A DNA stretch of 64,000 nt from positions 5,726,101 through 5,790,100 of the forward strand of contig NC_092677.1 in the NCBI RefSeq assembly GCF_964355755.1. The letters run 5' to 3'. This DNA comes from Antedon mediterranea. Taxonomy: Eukaryota > Animalia > Echinodermata. Below, piece by piece: positions 1 through 14,124 of the stretch (its first letter is position 1; every line of letters begins with the position of its first letter). Below the pieces are notes generated by a model that saw only the letters and a program-made list of their open reading frames with translations, was not told the DNA's origin and made no database searches. Position numbers and translations under genes: made by a program.

Positions 1-895
1 CCATCATAATGTTGAAGACAGGCCGATTTTCTTTAAAAAATGCTATTTTGATACATGTAATATACGTTTTTACAAATGTATTGATTTGTGATGATTGGAA
101 CATTCCAAATTATTTGGTTTAACCATAGAGGTATAGATTTAGATTTATGGGCCACCTTGGAGAATAAACATAAATAGTATTGCAATGCTGTACAATACTG
201 TTAAGGTATTAACCACTTTTGATCGCAATTTGAATCGCGAATTTCTTACTGTGAGTGTTGGTACTGTTAGATATAATATAAACAAATATACAAATAAACT
301 TTATTACTGTGAGTGTGGGTAGGCCTTACTGTTAGATTATAAACATATAATATACAAATAAATAAACGTTATTACTGACAGTTGTTTCTCAACGTTTGTA
401 TTAATTAATAATTTAAAAATATATAAACGTACGTAGTGGTGTATCGTTACATGTACTTTACTATTTCAATCGACTATGACAGTGAGAGTTTTAACAAAGT
501 ATTAAATCGTAAATGTTTTACTGTATTTAGTGGTATATTATTTATAGGCCTATAAAACATTAAAAACAATATTTCGTTACTGAGTGGATAAGAATATATT
601 TTAAATATTTCCTCTTTGTACCTATCTTCTTCCCCCATCCCTCAACCCTTAATGTTACATACAAAACACAAATTGGGTTTGTTTAAATAGTCCAAATAAA
701 AAAATTTGACTCATTTTGTTTCTCTCTCGGAAGTAATTCCCAGGGTGCTAATTTTAGCTGACTACATAAATCATCGTGTATATTTATTCGTTTCTGAAAC
801 CTCCATTTTTTTCTCGCTGGAAAATACTGTGTATTCGAGAACCATCTGTGGGCACGACCTAGATGGTACGCGAGCGAAGCGAGCGTGCCATCTAG
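1..895 (+). mobile_element. Non-autonomous Helitron-like element (family H1), 3' part
   Basis: Matches copies at 11556-12670 and 37423-38876. Ends in the hairpin ctagatggtacgc-gagcgaagcga-gcgtgccatctag followed by T. Confidence 0.75.
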
Positions 896-1263
896 TTATA
901 GAAATGCTGCATAAAAAGCATACAGTAAACCTCTCATATCCTTTTAAATCACAGTTTTTATGTATCTTCATTAGAATGCTAAATATTAGTCAATGATTTG
1001 TTTTTAATTAAATATGGAAGCAAATTGTCTCTTTTCTTTTTGACGATCCGTTAATTTTCATGGGCAATAATGAGCATTTAGAAAAAACTTGACTTTAGGC
1101 CTAATTAACTAATACAAAATTGATTCTATTATTACTCACAATATAGAGTTAAAATAGATGGGTTTGATTCTTTAATGTATCCATTATTATTATTATATAC
1201 ATTGACATTATTCACAATCCAGTGAATCAAACAATAAAGTATTCTAATTTAGTTTTTACTTAC

Positions 1264-2063
1264 AATATACATTTAGAATAGACGGATTTGAGCTTTTAAT
1301 ATCTCCATTCGTTGTTCGTATCTCGCACTGAAATGTTCGTTTAGAATCATTTCTCCTTGGCCGTGACATCACCAAGACAGCTTTCCCAGGTTTTATGTTT
1401 AATTTAAAACGTCCATTTTCTATCTTCTTATCATTCACAAGGTTTATTGTATATCCATTTTCATATAGTTCATCCCATTGTACTGCATTAGGTGTAGTAG
1501 AAGTAAATTGTGAATAATCACAAGTTATCACCACTTCAGCATCACCTTCTTTAGCTGTCTGATCAGACGTTGTCACCAACTGAGAATAAGCTTTAATAAA
1601 TACCGAATTAAAAAATGAAAAAAAAAATCAGTAGTTAAATCAGTGTATGTATTTAGTTATGATTGAAAACAAAATAACGATTGTCGCTGCATATTTTATA
1701 ACTCTATTACATCACACATTTTCACACACAAATATTGTGACACTGTTTATTATAAAACATTATTAAACAATTGACAACAACATTAGAAAACGACTTTACC
1801 CTTTTTGGTAATATCCAGCAATATTACAAGGAAACACATGCCTACAAAAAACTGAAAACAAATATATTTGTTAGTGATGCCATGAAGTGCCGCTAACCGC
1901 ATAGGCCTACTGGTTTAGTTAGTTTACTATGTAGTCAAAATTGGCATCTCAGAGGACGTTTGACTAATAAGGCTCGTTGCCTTGCCTAGGTAGTTCTAAA
2001 GTACATTAACAAAGATAATTTCCTTACTTTTTTATATCTGGTCCTTCTGTTTAATCCAAACAT
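1264..2063 (-). CDS. Ig-superfamily receptor A, 5' exons (leader + V-type Ig); gene continues off the left edge
   Basis: Exons 2063-2028 (MFGLNRRTRYKK), 1851-1800 (FFVGMCFLVILLDITKK) and 1590-1264 (AYSQLVTTSDQ..VITCDY..VQW..FQCEI..LNVY). All GT-AG with phases 0 and 1 compatible. Leader exon 2 is homologous to 63452-63500 of gene C. Confidence 0.85.
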
Positions 2064-3648
2064 TTTTAGCCGCCAAGAAACCAAAGATCTTTAGATTTAT
2101 GTGGTCCTACCAAACCGAAGTATGAATTTAGTATCGGCTACCAAAGAACTAGATATGACCGTAGCGTACTGCCCTCTTTATAACAAACTTTGTCATAAAC
2201 TGTATTAATAACTAAATTGACAAGCAATAATAATAGTTATCTGATAATAGTAGCTACGTGATGATGTCATGATCTAATAAAAATCAAAACGTGGAATCAT
2301 GGCTTCCCTCTCGTTATTGGGTTCAGAATGTTTTAAGTCCATGTCCATGTTAGGTCTACAAGTTAATGAATAAAATTAGAAAAAACGGCTGAGTGGAACA
2401 ACGTTTTTCATTATAATTTTTAGATAAAATGTTATACATGTTCAATATGTCTTTATATCTATACAGCAATCGTGTTTTAACTTTGCACAATCAATTCTGC
2501 TATCATGTCTCGTTGAATACGCTGATGACCATTCATATTTTGTTTTATTAAATGTCCTTTATTATGTTAATTTGATTCTTACGTATTTCTGTTGCTATTC
2601 GCTATTGTTCGTACTGTATACAATGTATTTATTAGCATGGGGCAAACCCTCGATTAGCAAAATCTATTTTTGTTTTCTCCAATTTGCCGTTGGTGAATAC
2701 AGAATAATAATATAATATCATGATATACTTGGCCGAGTGTTCACTCAATAAATGAGGTTGGTTGCCATTGTTGTGTCCTGGGCGTAAAATATTGAAGGCG
2801 TTGACCAAAAATGTATTTAACATAAGTTAATGTTGCTAGGAGAATTTTAAACATTGAAAAAGCAGGGAAAGGTGAAATTGCGCTCTTCCTTGGAAAAAGT
2901 AACATTCTTATCAAAATTCATCTATAAGGTCTGAGGCTTATTAGCAAGACGAACATAATCGAAACTCAACGTGCACAAACTCAATTTCTTTTTACGAGAT
3001 CGAAACAAACAAAATAAACAAAACATAAAGACTATGGCTGTAAATTGCAGTGTTACCGTCATAATATCAGTAGGTATATAATTCATAAATCGACATGCAG
3101 TATATTTTACATAATAATAGCGGTAAGTAGCTTAGTTTATTCATAATTATTTAAAATTTAAGGCCCTATACATTTGAGTGAAGATGATGGTTATAACAAC
3201 CACGTTAAGTTAGGACAAACAAATTATAACATTTGACATTTGATTTGATTGAGCAAAGATCTTATAAATCATTATGCCCTATACGGAAACAGTTTGATTG
3301 AGAGTCTTGGAGAGAAGCAATTAAACAGCATTGAAGGATGCCTTTGGTAATCTTTTATTTCTATATTTTATTGTTGTTATTTTCTATTTTTAATGTTTTG
3401 TAATGAAAATGGCAAAGTAAATAAAACAAAAATGGTGAAGATCGACGCCGACGATATAAAAAAAACTGTAGTTTTTATTCGTTTATTAATTTTTTTTTGT
3501 ATATTCATCATGCTGGACTTTATGGGGATTCATAGTTTCATAACAATGGTATGTAACAAACTACTGATTGTAAAATTAATAGAACAAATTTTCGTTAGAT
3601 CATAATTAATAGTCCTATTATTGAAATTCCATATTTTCACCCTCAGAT
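2064..3648. promoter_or_regulatory. Putative shared bidirectional promoter region between divergent receptors A and B
   Basis: About 1.6 kb between predicted start codons on opposite strands. Positional inference only; no specific sites claimed. Confidence 0.4.
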
Positions 3649-6600
3649 ATGGCGTTATTGTTGACATTACTTACACTTTCTTTAATCGGTAATTACTTAT
3701 GTATTACTCTCTGTAATCTAGTGAGCTATATTAATCGTAATGTAGATATTTTTCAAACATTTGTAACCGTTTAATAAACAAGAAAACCAAGATGTTGGTG
3801 GTGAAAATGCACTTGGAAACTAAACAGTGATTTTACCATAATAATAAATAAGAATGTTTCAATCATCCTTATTCTAATATGTTACAATGTTTGGTAATGT
3901 TTTTTTTCAATATCTTCTTCAACTTGCTTGTTTTGTGACGTAGCTACAAAATAAAAAAGTCTATAAATCATTAAAATTTTATTAAGAATTACTATTTACT
4001 TCACTACTTTTTATCCTGCAACGTTTGGTTTTCTTTATCCATCAAAAGCACATTGTCAATCTGTGACAACATCTGACCAGGAAGCAAAAGAGGGTGATGC
4101 TGAAGTGGTGATGACTTGTGATTATTCACAATTTACTGCTGTTGCACCACCTTCAATACAATGGGATGAACTGTATGAAGATAGATCTACAACAAACCTT
4201 GTGAATGATAAGAAGATACAAAATGGACGTTTTAAATTAAACATAAAACCTGGGAAAGCTGACTTGGTGATGTCACAGCCAATGAGAGATGATTCTCATC
4301 GAAAATTTCAGTGTGAGATACGAACAACGGATGGGGATATTAGAAGCTCAAATCCATCTATTCTAACTGTATATTGTAAGTAACTGACTAAATTAGAATG
4401 CCGTTTTTATTCACTAGAAATGGTATCTGCATTGCGCGGCAATACCTAGCACAGTAAATAATGTCAATGTAGAAATAAAATAAAATGCAAGTTTTGATAA
4501 TTATTAAATTATTCTGGCAAAAATTTGTTTTTACGTCGCTGTGTTAGAAATGCTATTGATCAATTGTCATAAATTAAACGAAAGCTTAAAAACTTATTGA
4601 TCGATTGAGAGACATATTTTGCATACAACATGTTTGTGAGTTGCGTATAAAGCTAAATAAATCACATTGCAGTGTGGATATAAACTTTGCATTTGTTTTT
4701 TCTCAGACTTGGATCGTCCATTTCTTAATAACTCAACTAGTGTTGTCTTTGAAAATCAACCAATAACATTTACCTGTAGTAAACCTGATGGTGTTCCTAT
4801 TCCTCGCATTACTTGGTATAAAGATGGACAGACAGTCAACAGCAACAACCCTTCTAGATATGAGATTACAAATAACATTGCAGAGTCAGTTCTTAAGATT
4901 AAATCAGCTACTGAAGAAGATGCTGGAAAATATACATGTAAAGCAGAAAGTGATCAGTTTAAAGGAGATGATGCTAAAACAAGTGTTGAAAAACATTTAA
5001 ATATATATTGTATGTAAAAGTATTTTAGTTTAAATAAAAAAAATTACTTAAAAAATAAAACAACAATAATGGATGGAACATTGTTTTTTTATGCTCTTAA
5101 TTGTACATATAATTGTTTACTTATGCTTTTCTAGATATCATTGTAACATTTAAACCTGAAGATGGCTTTGCAACATGTACAGCAGAGGGCTATCCCAAAT
5201 TATCATCAGTATTGATATTACAAGATGGAGAGGTGGTTAAGAAAGGACAAAATTCAGTAGCTTTAAGGACTAATGACAGAATATGCAAGTCAAGTCTCAC
5301 GTGTTATGCAGAGAATGAAAAGATTAACAATACAGCGATTCTAGAGACCTGTAACGCAGGTAATTTTCTCAATCAAATGGTTATGTTTGTCCAATGAAAT
5401 TTTATAGCCACATACTATGAAGTCCTAATGCCAACCCAGACAGCGTCGTACGACGAGGCCCGATGAAACGTCTTGACTCGTCGGTGCTGTCTGAGTTGAA
5501 TCTCGACGAGACAAGACGTTTTGTCAAGCGTAGTTTCTAGGTTGTTGGGAGAACATTAAACATGTTTAATTTTCTCCCAAAGCGACGGCTCGTCGAACAA
5601 CGCTGAATTAACTGCAGGTTTATTATCAAACGAATCATTTAGCAAACATTAAAAAAATGTAATGTATTGATAGTATATTTCAACATTGACTTTTTTAGGT
5701 GGTTGTTCGTATGCAATAGGTATTGTGATCATAACTACAGCAATAACTGCAATTACTTTTTGCTCTCTCCCGATGTTTATAATAACACGTTATGTTTATG
5801 TAAGTGGCCTTTATCAGTATGATTTGACTTTCGTTGAAACTTAATAAGTTTGTAATAAATCAATGTACATACGTTTACTTATAATTAACTCTTACCGATA
5901 TTCTTTTAAGGTAAAACGAATACAAGATCTCATTTCCAAATTTCAAATTCTTAAACAATATGAGGCATTGCAATTTTCTTCAAATTCTGATTACAAAGAG
6001 CTCAACAAAGGTGCTATGGTGGAGGCTGGTGTTACCAAGACGTCAAATAACGCAAGATCTAGAATAAGAATACAAGTAAGCGATTTGTAGAAACTTAACG
6101 TTCCAATGAGTATATTCAGTTTCGGCAACTAAACATGGCACGGATTTATAATAAAGTGCGACCAAAAGTAATGAAAAAAGTGCCCAGTTATGCTAATTAT
6201 TTTGTCTTAAAAAATCTGCAATCTGATTAAAATTGCAGCATGGAGTAATTTAACCTCAATGGTAGCAACATGATTTGGTAATTTAAAAACTAAATAAACA
6301 AGATTATTTACAAACACCTTCCTGTTCCTTTACACCATCTATTGTTAAACAGAGAGAAGTAAGAGAAATCGAACGTCAACACCATCAGTACCAAGGACTG
6401 CAAGTTTCAGCAAGCTCTGATGTCGACATAGATGATGAGGGATATGTCAAGCCTACGTTAAATAAAGTAGTATGCATTGCAAAAGTAGAGGTAACATAAA
6501 TAAAAATTTCGCTTACGTCACTATTAAACTGTGTATCACTAGGCCATCCAAGACATGCAGAAACACCTATTTTAACTTATATCTTATTTTTATTTATCCT

Positions 6601-7104
6601 CTATATAGGAAAAGGAAGAAATAGAATTCGAATGCAAAAATCCTCAGTATCAAGGACTAGTAGCTTCATTTGATGACAGAGGCGACGGCAGACGTGATAC
6701 TAGGGTCTCAAATAATGAAGGAGTACTTGTGTCAAAACTTAAGGTAACTAACAACGTACCATGTTTAACCGCATGGTGCATGCTTTTTAAACTACACTTC
6801 TACAACCAACCAGATATGAAACAGCGGATTGCTTATTCGATAATGTGATTTTTACTATTCAATACGGCTATGCGGCTCCATTTTCGTGACATGCCCCACA
6901 CCGTGATTCAATTTAACTAAAATACTTAATCATGATCATAATTCAATATTGATATTGTTTCTACAGGAAAAAGGAGAAATTGAAATTGAATGTCAAAATC
7001 CAGGGTACCAAGGTCTTCAAGTTTTGGCAAGTCCTATTCCTATGATTTTCATCAAGGAAAAGTGTGCTGAACGACATTATTGTAAAAAGTTTTATCCTGA
7101 ATAG
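3649..7104 (+). CDS. Type I membrane Ig-superfamily receptor B (SP-3Ig-TM-ITAM tail), about 523 aa, apparently intact
   Basis: Exons 3649-3688 (MALLLTLLTLSLI), 4049-4375 (V-type Ig), 4707-5009 (I-type Ig: TFTC..ITWYKDG..DAGKYTC), 5135-5359 (short Ig), 5699-5799 (TM: AIGIVIITTAITAITFCSLPMFII), 5911-6075 (YEALQFSSNSDYKEL), 6353-6490, 6609-6743 and 6967-7104 (TAG). All GT-AG; summed length 1572 nt with no internal stop. Confidence 0.88.
5420..5600. repeat. GC-rich palindromic insert (MITE fragment) in an intron of B
   Basis: Inverted repeats caacccagacagc...gctgtctgagttg and ttaaacatgtttaa in an otherwise AT-rich intron. Confidence 0.4.
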
Positions 7105-7744
7105 AAAATGCTGGTGATTAGTATAACATATATATATATACTACCAGAGAAGACTACTCCTCTCTGATATTACGAACATAATAACATTCTGATAGAAAGA
7201 ATACAAAGAGAGAAATAAAATCTTACAGTGCATAAATTACTTTATATTCTAATGACCCAAGGACAGTTTATATACAGTAATTAATATGAAACCATAATTA
7301 TAAACAGAAACTATGGTGCTTGAATAATCTGAGACAAAAGTTTACACGGCACAACATAAGGTTTTGTTAACCTCTCTAATTTATGTTTAAATTAATAATA
7401 CTTATTATCATTTTTAACCATATACCGTAGCAATTTTGAGGATTCTTTTAAGACTAATTTAAATACAGGACAATATCATTATCATAATCACTATATTTAC
7501 TAGTAGTTATTGAATATGTTTCGTAGTTATAGTGTCACGTGCTTCATTTAACATATAGAGATAGAAGCGATTTCAGAATCATCCATAGTATAGAAAACAA
7601 CGAGGCAAATCATATTTCACTAACAAAGACAGCTGCACCATGGGGCATATACAACTGGAGGACACTCCTTCAGGTTATTTAAAGATGAACACTTTTTTTT
7701 TAAATATGCAATTATAATGTTACGTAATAGTTGTTCACTTTTAA

Positions 7745-7860
7745 CAACAAGGACATATACATGGCTGCAGTCGCGTGCTAAAATTTGAGTTAGTGTTTAC
7801 CGACCGACCAACCGACCGACATAGTGAGCTGTAGAGTCGCATTTACATGCGACTAAAAAA
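7745..7860. mobile_element. Short interspersed element with (ACCG/ACCA)n core (HINE/DINE-1-like)
   Basis: acaagg..gtcgcgtgc..(accg)n..catagtgagctgtagagtcgc..gactaaaaa. Related copies at 15920-16072 and 44990-45103. Confidence 0.6.
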
Positions 7861-8342
7861 TAAATCGGGAAAAAATGTACAAGAGTACACAAACAAACCA
7901 AAATATTTTGTTAATGTGGTATAACCATAAATGCAATTATTCTAATGTTCTATTTACAATGTAAAATAGAATAATAACTATTATAACAATAATTACCTGT
8001 ATGAACGATTTAAAAAGGTGAAGATGAATCGTCGGAAAAGTATTCTCCATGTTAAGGGTAATCTAATAATTTCAAAATCTTTCGCACAGGCGATGCACGC
8101 TCAAGCAGTGCGTCAAATAAAGTAAAGTTGTAATTGTGTGTACAATTTCTGTAGAGAACCAACAGTAATACAATAATAACAATTGTATTATTACTTCGTA
8201 ATGTATTATTACTGAAAGCAGTTCCCAGTGATTGATCACATTATTGAACTACTATCCTTGCCATTACCAAAAACAACGTTTATTCGACAGTGACTGACAG
8301 TGTGGTAAAAACGCACAATTTGAATATTCGTAACTAAAACCA

Positions 8343-11300
8343 ATATATAAATTTACGTAAGGGCAAAATTCGATAAATCGCGCGTTACATCTAGATACAA
8401 GATACAAGATACAAGATAACTTTATTGTCAAAATCGTTAACAATTTCGAGATATGTTTTGTACCTGAGTGGAATAAATAATACGATGTGATAACTATATA
8501 AATAAATACAAATGATACAAGTGACTATCTTGAAAAGTTTTTGTTAAATAAATTGCATGCTATGTACATTGGTGAAAATCTGAAACGGTTTGTGGATATT
8601 TTTCCTGTGTCCGTCTAACCATTCCTGATCTACTTATAATGATATCTGAATGTAATGGGTGTGATGGGTCTAGTATAATTGTGTCAAATTTCTTAAGTAT
8701 CAATATATTAAACATTTCATCTAAAGATTTCATTTCTACACCGATAACTCTGCTGGCCTTGTTTACTAATCTCTGAATTTGACTTTTACTGTTTACATTG
8801 ATATGAGAAAACCAAACAATAATACAATAAGAAATGATTGATTGAACAACAGAGAATAAAACATATGAATGAGATGAGAACTAACATTAAACCGTTTCAT
8901 TTTGTATATAAAGTACATTTTCTTATTAGCCTTGCTACGGAGTTCTTTAGTGTTGCTCTCCCAATTTAGTTTATTATCAATTATTAATCCCAAGTACTTA
9001 TGACTTTCTATTTCAACAATTTCATTATCGATTTCAATATTTACATGATTAGTTTTATTTTTCCTTCTAAAATCGACAATAACCTCTTTAGTTTTTTTGG
9101 CATTTAGTTCATGAAAATTTTGTTTACACCAGACTACAAAATGTTCAACATATTCATTAAACAGGGATGTATTATTATTTGAAATTAAACCAACTAGGCA
9201 AGTATCATCTGCAAACTTAACATTGAATGATTTACTTGGGTCAATATCACTATAAAAATCAGAATATAATGAAAAAAGTAAGGGTGAGAGAACGCATTCC
9301 TGTGGTGCACCTGTATTACAAGTTAACTGCTTAGATACGCTACCCCTAAACTTAAAAATCTGTGTTCTTTCATTTAAGAAATCAGAAATCCAGAGATTTA
9401 ATCGTGGATTTATTCCTAACTTTAATAATTTATCTGTAAGTAAATGAGGCTGAATTGTATTGAACGCTGCAGAAAAATCTAAAAATAATATTCTAGCATA
9501 GTTATTTGGATATTCAAGATGACCATACACCTTTAACTGCGTCAACTACGCCCCTTTTTTCCCTATAAGCAAATTGGTTGCTATCAATCTTACCCTTTGT
9601 CTAATTATTTAATATATTTTTTATAATTTTCTCAAAGCATTTCATGGAGATGGCTGTTAATGCCACTGGCCTATAGTCATTGCAAACAGTACATTTATCA
9701 TTTTTTGGAATCGGTCTGATAATAGCAGACTTCCAAAGTTTTGGTACATGACATACATCAACCGACCACTGAAATAGGTAATGAAAAATATACTTAAATT
9801 GAAAATAACAGGTCTTCAGAACTTTCCCTGAGATTTGATCTGGCCCTGTGGCTTTCTTTGACTTGACTTTTTTTAGGGTTTGTTCCACATCAGTTATATT
9901 AATTAGGATATTGTTATTTCCTTCTTCTCTGATTGAGCCCATAATATTTCATTTTGTTTTTCCCGTAAATCCGAAAAGTCACTTTTTTCAAAACCTGACA
10001 TAAAAAGTATTTAGGTTATCCGCTGTGAAGTCAGTATCCTTACTCTTATTTACTGCAACTTTGTAATTACCCGTAACTTTATTCATACTTTTCCAAACGT
10101 TCTTGATATCACCTGACTTAAATGTGTCCTCAATGTGTTTGGCATAGTTCTGCTTATCTCTTTTAATTACTCGTCTCACTTCTCTTTGTCTATTTTTACT
10201 GGCTTCGAAATCTCCTTGTTTAAAGGTTTCATATTTGTCTTTCATTAGTAATCTTAATTCCTTTGAAACCCATGGTTTATTATTTGCATAGATTTTTACG
10301 AATTTGATTGGTAAAAGGGTGTCCTCACAAAACTTAATATATGCTGAGCATCTTTCTACCGTGTCGTCAAGTGAATCGCTCTTAAACGTATCCCAATCTG
10401 TCCTATCAAAACAGTCCTCTAGATCATTTATAGCAACTTCTGACCATATCTTGACCGGTTTTTTAATGATGTTAAATTTTCTTAATTTCTGCTTATACTT
10501 TGGCAATAATTGAATAAGATTGTGATCCGATTTCCCAATTCCGTTTTTTGCTTTTGCTAGGTACGCATTCGGTATATTTCCATAACATTCATCCAATATG
10601 CTGTCTTTCCTCGTCGGTACCTTTACGTATTGATGCCAATGAGGTAGTGTTCTTTTAAGCATGCAATGATTGAAGTCGCCTAACACCAGCTTTAACGCAT
10701 CTGGTGACTGATCGCTCTCTAATAATCTCATTTCCTGTGCGATTTTTTCCCCTGCTTCTATACGACTTCCTTCTTGTTGAACATTTGCAACTGACACAAA
10801 GATCTGTGGTATTTCTCTCGGCAAGTAAAAAGGGCGTAGTGCAATCACAATGAATTCAACATCTTGACAGCAACTACCTTGATGTTGTTACACCAACGTG
10901 TGTTAATGTATGCACAGCGGGATGCACAGACACCACCGCCTCCCTCCTTTCCTGTAACATGGAGATCTCTATCTCCCCGCACGCATGAGAACCCATCAAT
11001 ACTGACATCTGCAGTGGTATGTTGGTCTTTAAACCACGTTTCGGTGAAACACAGTAAGCTAGATTCTCGGAAGTCTTGTAATGCCATACACGCTTCCAGT
11101 TGATCGAGCTTGTTACACAGGGATTGAGCATTTCTAAAAATAACAGTTTGGTAGAGGAAGACGATTTAATCGTCTGAGCCTTCCCTTAATTCCTCCTCTG
11201 CGTCCCCTTTTACGCGGCTTTGGATTGTAATTGAGATTTAGGTTGCTAGGCCCATCTGTGTTTGGATTTGGCCTTAATTGCAACAACTCCTCGCGGCTGT

Positions 11301-12670
11301 ATGTGATTTTTACGGGCTGGTGATTTCCCATCGCAGCTACCGGAACCATTATTTGGGCTGCGTAACTGCAGCATAATTCACTCGAAAAAAGAACAAACTG
11401 GTACAGAGCCATAGACTAATCATTTTTCTCCGATTCATATTCATGATTTACGTTGAAAATAAACACTGTGCAACACTTATAACAACACAAACGACATTTA
11501 GTGCAGATTCTACTTCAGCTACGATGTCGCATGTCTCGCACAGCGCCACCCCAACCATCTAGAATGTTTACTCGATGGTATATAAAGTTCGTTCGTACTT
11601 TCGGTACTGATTTTAACCAACTGATGTAACCCTGTTTACTAATTAAATTGAGTTAGATAATTGGTTCTTGACGATTAAAAGGAAATTACGTTCAACGATT
11701 TTCCCCAAATAGGGGTGTTTTCCGATCGTGGTATACACTGTCTAATGGATATAGGCCTTTGTCCATCTTGAAAAATACCCGCACACAATATTACGAGGAT
11801 GCTTCGCATTTATCTATCTCCTTCTACGATAATTGTTTTTAATAGCTGAAAACTGGTTGCACAGCTCGAGCACAGCATCATAATGTTGAAGACAGGCCGA
11901 TATTCTTTAAAAAAAATACTATTTTGATACATTTAAATTAATTTGGTTTAACACAAGTAGGTAAATTTATTGGCCCTTATGGGATCGGATAAACTTAAAA
12001 CCTTTAGATATAGTATTGCAATACTTTGACAATACTGTAAATAAGTATTAACCATTTTTGGTCGCCATTTGAATCGCAAATTTCATTTTTTTTACAAATA
12101 AATTTATTACTGTGAGTGTGGGTACGGTACTGTTAGATATGTAAACACATAGTATACAAATAAACTTTATTACTGACAGTTTCTTCTCACCGTTTGTATT
12201 AATTAATAATTACAAAAAATATAAACGTCGTAGTGGTGTATCGTTACATGTACTTTACTATTTCAATCGGCTATATCAGTGAGAGTTTTAACACAAAGTA
12301 TTAAATCGCAAATGTTCTACTGTATTAGTGGTATATAAGCCTACAGCATAAAACATGAAAACACATTTAGTTACTAAGTGGATAAAGAATATATTTAAAA
12401 ATTGTTCCTCTTTGTACCCATCCTCTTCCCCAAACCTAATTGCATACAAAACACATACATTGGGTTTATTTAAATGATTACAAATAACAATTTGAACTCA
12501 TATTTGTGTGGAAATTACTTCCGAAGGTGCTCATTTTTTGACTACATAAATCATCGTGTCTATTTATTCGTTTCTGTAAACGACAATGTATTATATAGTC
12601 CTGCTGAACGTACATTTGAAATCGCCAGTTCTTTTACGCTGAAATTACTGTGTATTCGAGAACCATCTAG
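8343..12670 (+). mobile_element. Helitron-like H1 copy split by a LINE insertion
   Basis: 5' end (tatataaatttacgtaagggcaaaattcg) at about 8345-8395. The remainder resumes at 11556 and ends at aaccatctag (12670). The uninterrupted junction is visible at 37461-37495. Confidence 0.75.
8396..11555 (-). mobile_element. Near full-length non-LTR retrotransposon (Rex1/Babar-like, APE+RT), frameshifted
   Basis: N-terminal YSREELLQLR..RKRGRRGG; APE motifs CFTETW, GDFN, SDH; RT motifs DYRPVAL, LDFSAAFNTI, GAPQ..LSP, FADD. (TATCTTG)n 3' tail. 8-bp TSD catctaga at 8388-8395 and 11556-11563. Confidence 0.92.
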
Positions 12671-14124
12671 TTGGGTAAATTGTGGGAAAACCACAATGCG
12701 ACACCAATCACGATAGCCAAAATGCCTGCGTTTTTGCACAAAGGAGTACGTGGCATTTGCAATTGTTTTGACTCTACCGTAGAGTGTTCCTATAATTAAT
12801 CACATTTAAAGTCGAGAGTCGAGAGTCAGCGAGTTGCGACCTCCGCCATGATTAGTAGTGAGTCTAACATTAATGTTGTCAATTGTTTTAATAATAATGT
12901 ACCACGCATTTTAAAATTACATATGACCTGAAGTTATTTATTGTGTATTTACGATGGCGGATTGTGAAGATAAATACGGTGACTAAAGCCAGATTTTACA
13001 CGTACATCACGTTAAAATCACTGCATATCCTCCAAAATGTTAAACAGACAAACGAAAAGACAGAAAGACAATTCAATAAACCTAGTTGATTTTATAACCT
13101 TAAAAAAAGATATAAAATCATGAGATGTGTTGAATATTATTAATAAAGCTAGAGTAATTCTTATCAAATTGTATAAATCTATAAAAATCAACTGTAAATA
13201 CTTTAATTTGGAATTATTTTTATATTATTATATATTACATAGTACTTTTACTTGCATAACAACATTAATAAATTAATTTTATTTCACATTTTAATTGTAG
13301 CGTTGTAAAAACAATGACAATTACGAAATACTTGATGAAGATGATAACATTTGCGACTATTTAAGATATAATATTATTTGCTGTTGTAAGTTTTATAGTA
13401 AACTAATTTTATTACCGATTTAAAAACTATATTTTCGTCTGGCTATGCCGGAATAGCCTGGTTGCAGAACAATTAATATACACATTTGCGGGAAAAAAGT
13501 ATAGGAAATTTTGTTTTTTGGGTTATTCTTATAGAGTATACCATATAGAATGTCATAAAAAAAATCCCCATCCCAGGGTCTTGGGGAAAATTGTTTATGA
13601 CACTTTTAAATTTTGGCCTATATAACACACACAAATTCCTATTAACACACAACAATACCGTACCGTATATATAGGGGATAGAGAAAATCAATTAACGGTT
13701 TTTGTTACTTGCAGTTGTGTTTTAATGATTAAAATTAGTAGAGGCCTACCTTAATAACTACTTCTCATAGTAGTGGATGAATCAAGTCGATACGATGACA
13801 TCATCATGCCAGAATCCAATATGGCGTCCAATTTTGGGGGAAAAACAGGGTATTTCTAGACCCCCGCAAACCTCCAAAAAAACATAGCAAACCCCACCGA
13901 ACCAACATAAAAGTGATTGAATCATAGAGTGTACGACCCACTGGGTATGTCCATGTAAAAAAATATTAAATTTCTACTGTTAACTACTTATTTTGGGGAT
14001 AAAACATCATTTTTTGGTTAAAAATTAGATATCATTAAACAAAAATTATTATGTATGTTTTCTACAAATAAATGTATACACTGTATCATCAGAATCATTA
14101 AATTCTCTTTGTTACATATAACCA

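Noticed and set aside
4450-4480. V(D)J-like recombination signal after the V exon
   Set aside because: cacagta lies about 75 nt into the intron with no nonamer, and the V exons are complete single-exon domains.
13437-13995. Possible additional non-autonomous element
   Set aside because: Composition and ends look TE-like, but there is only one copy in the window and no clear TIR or TSD.
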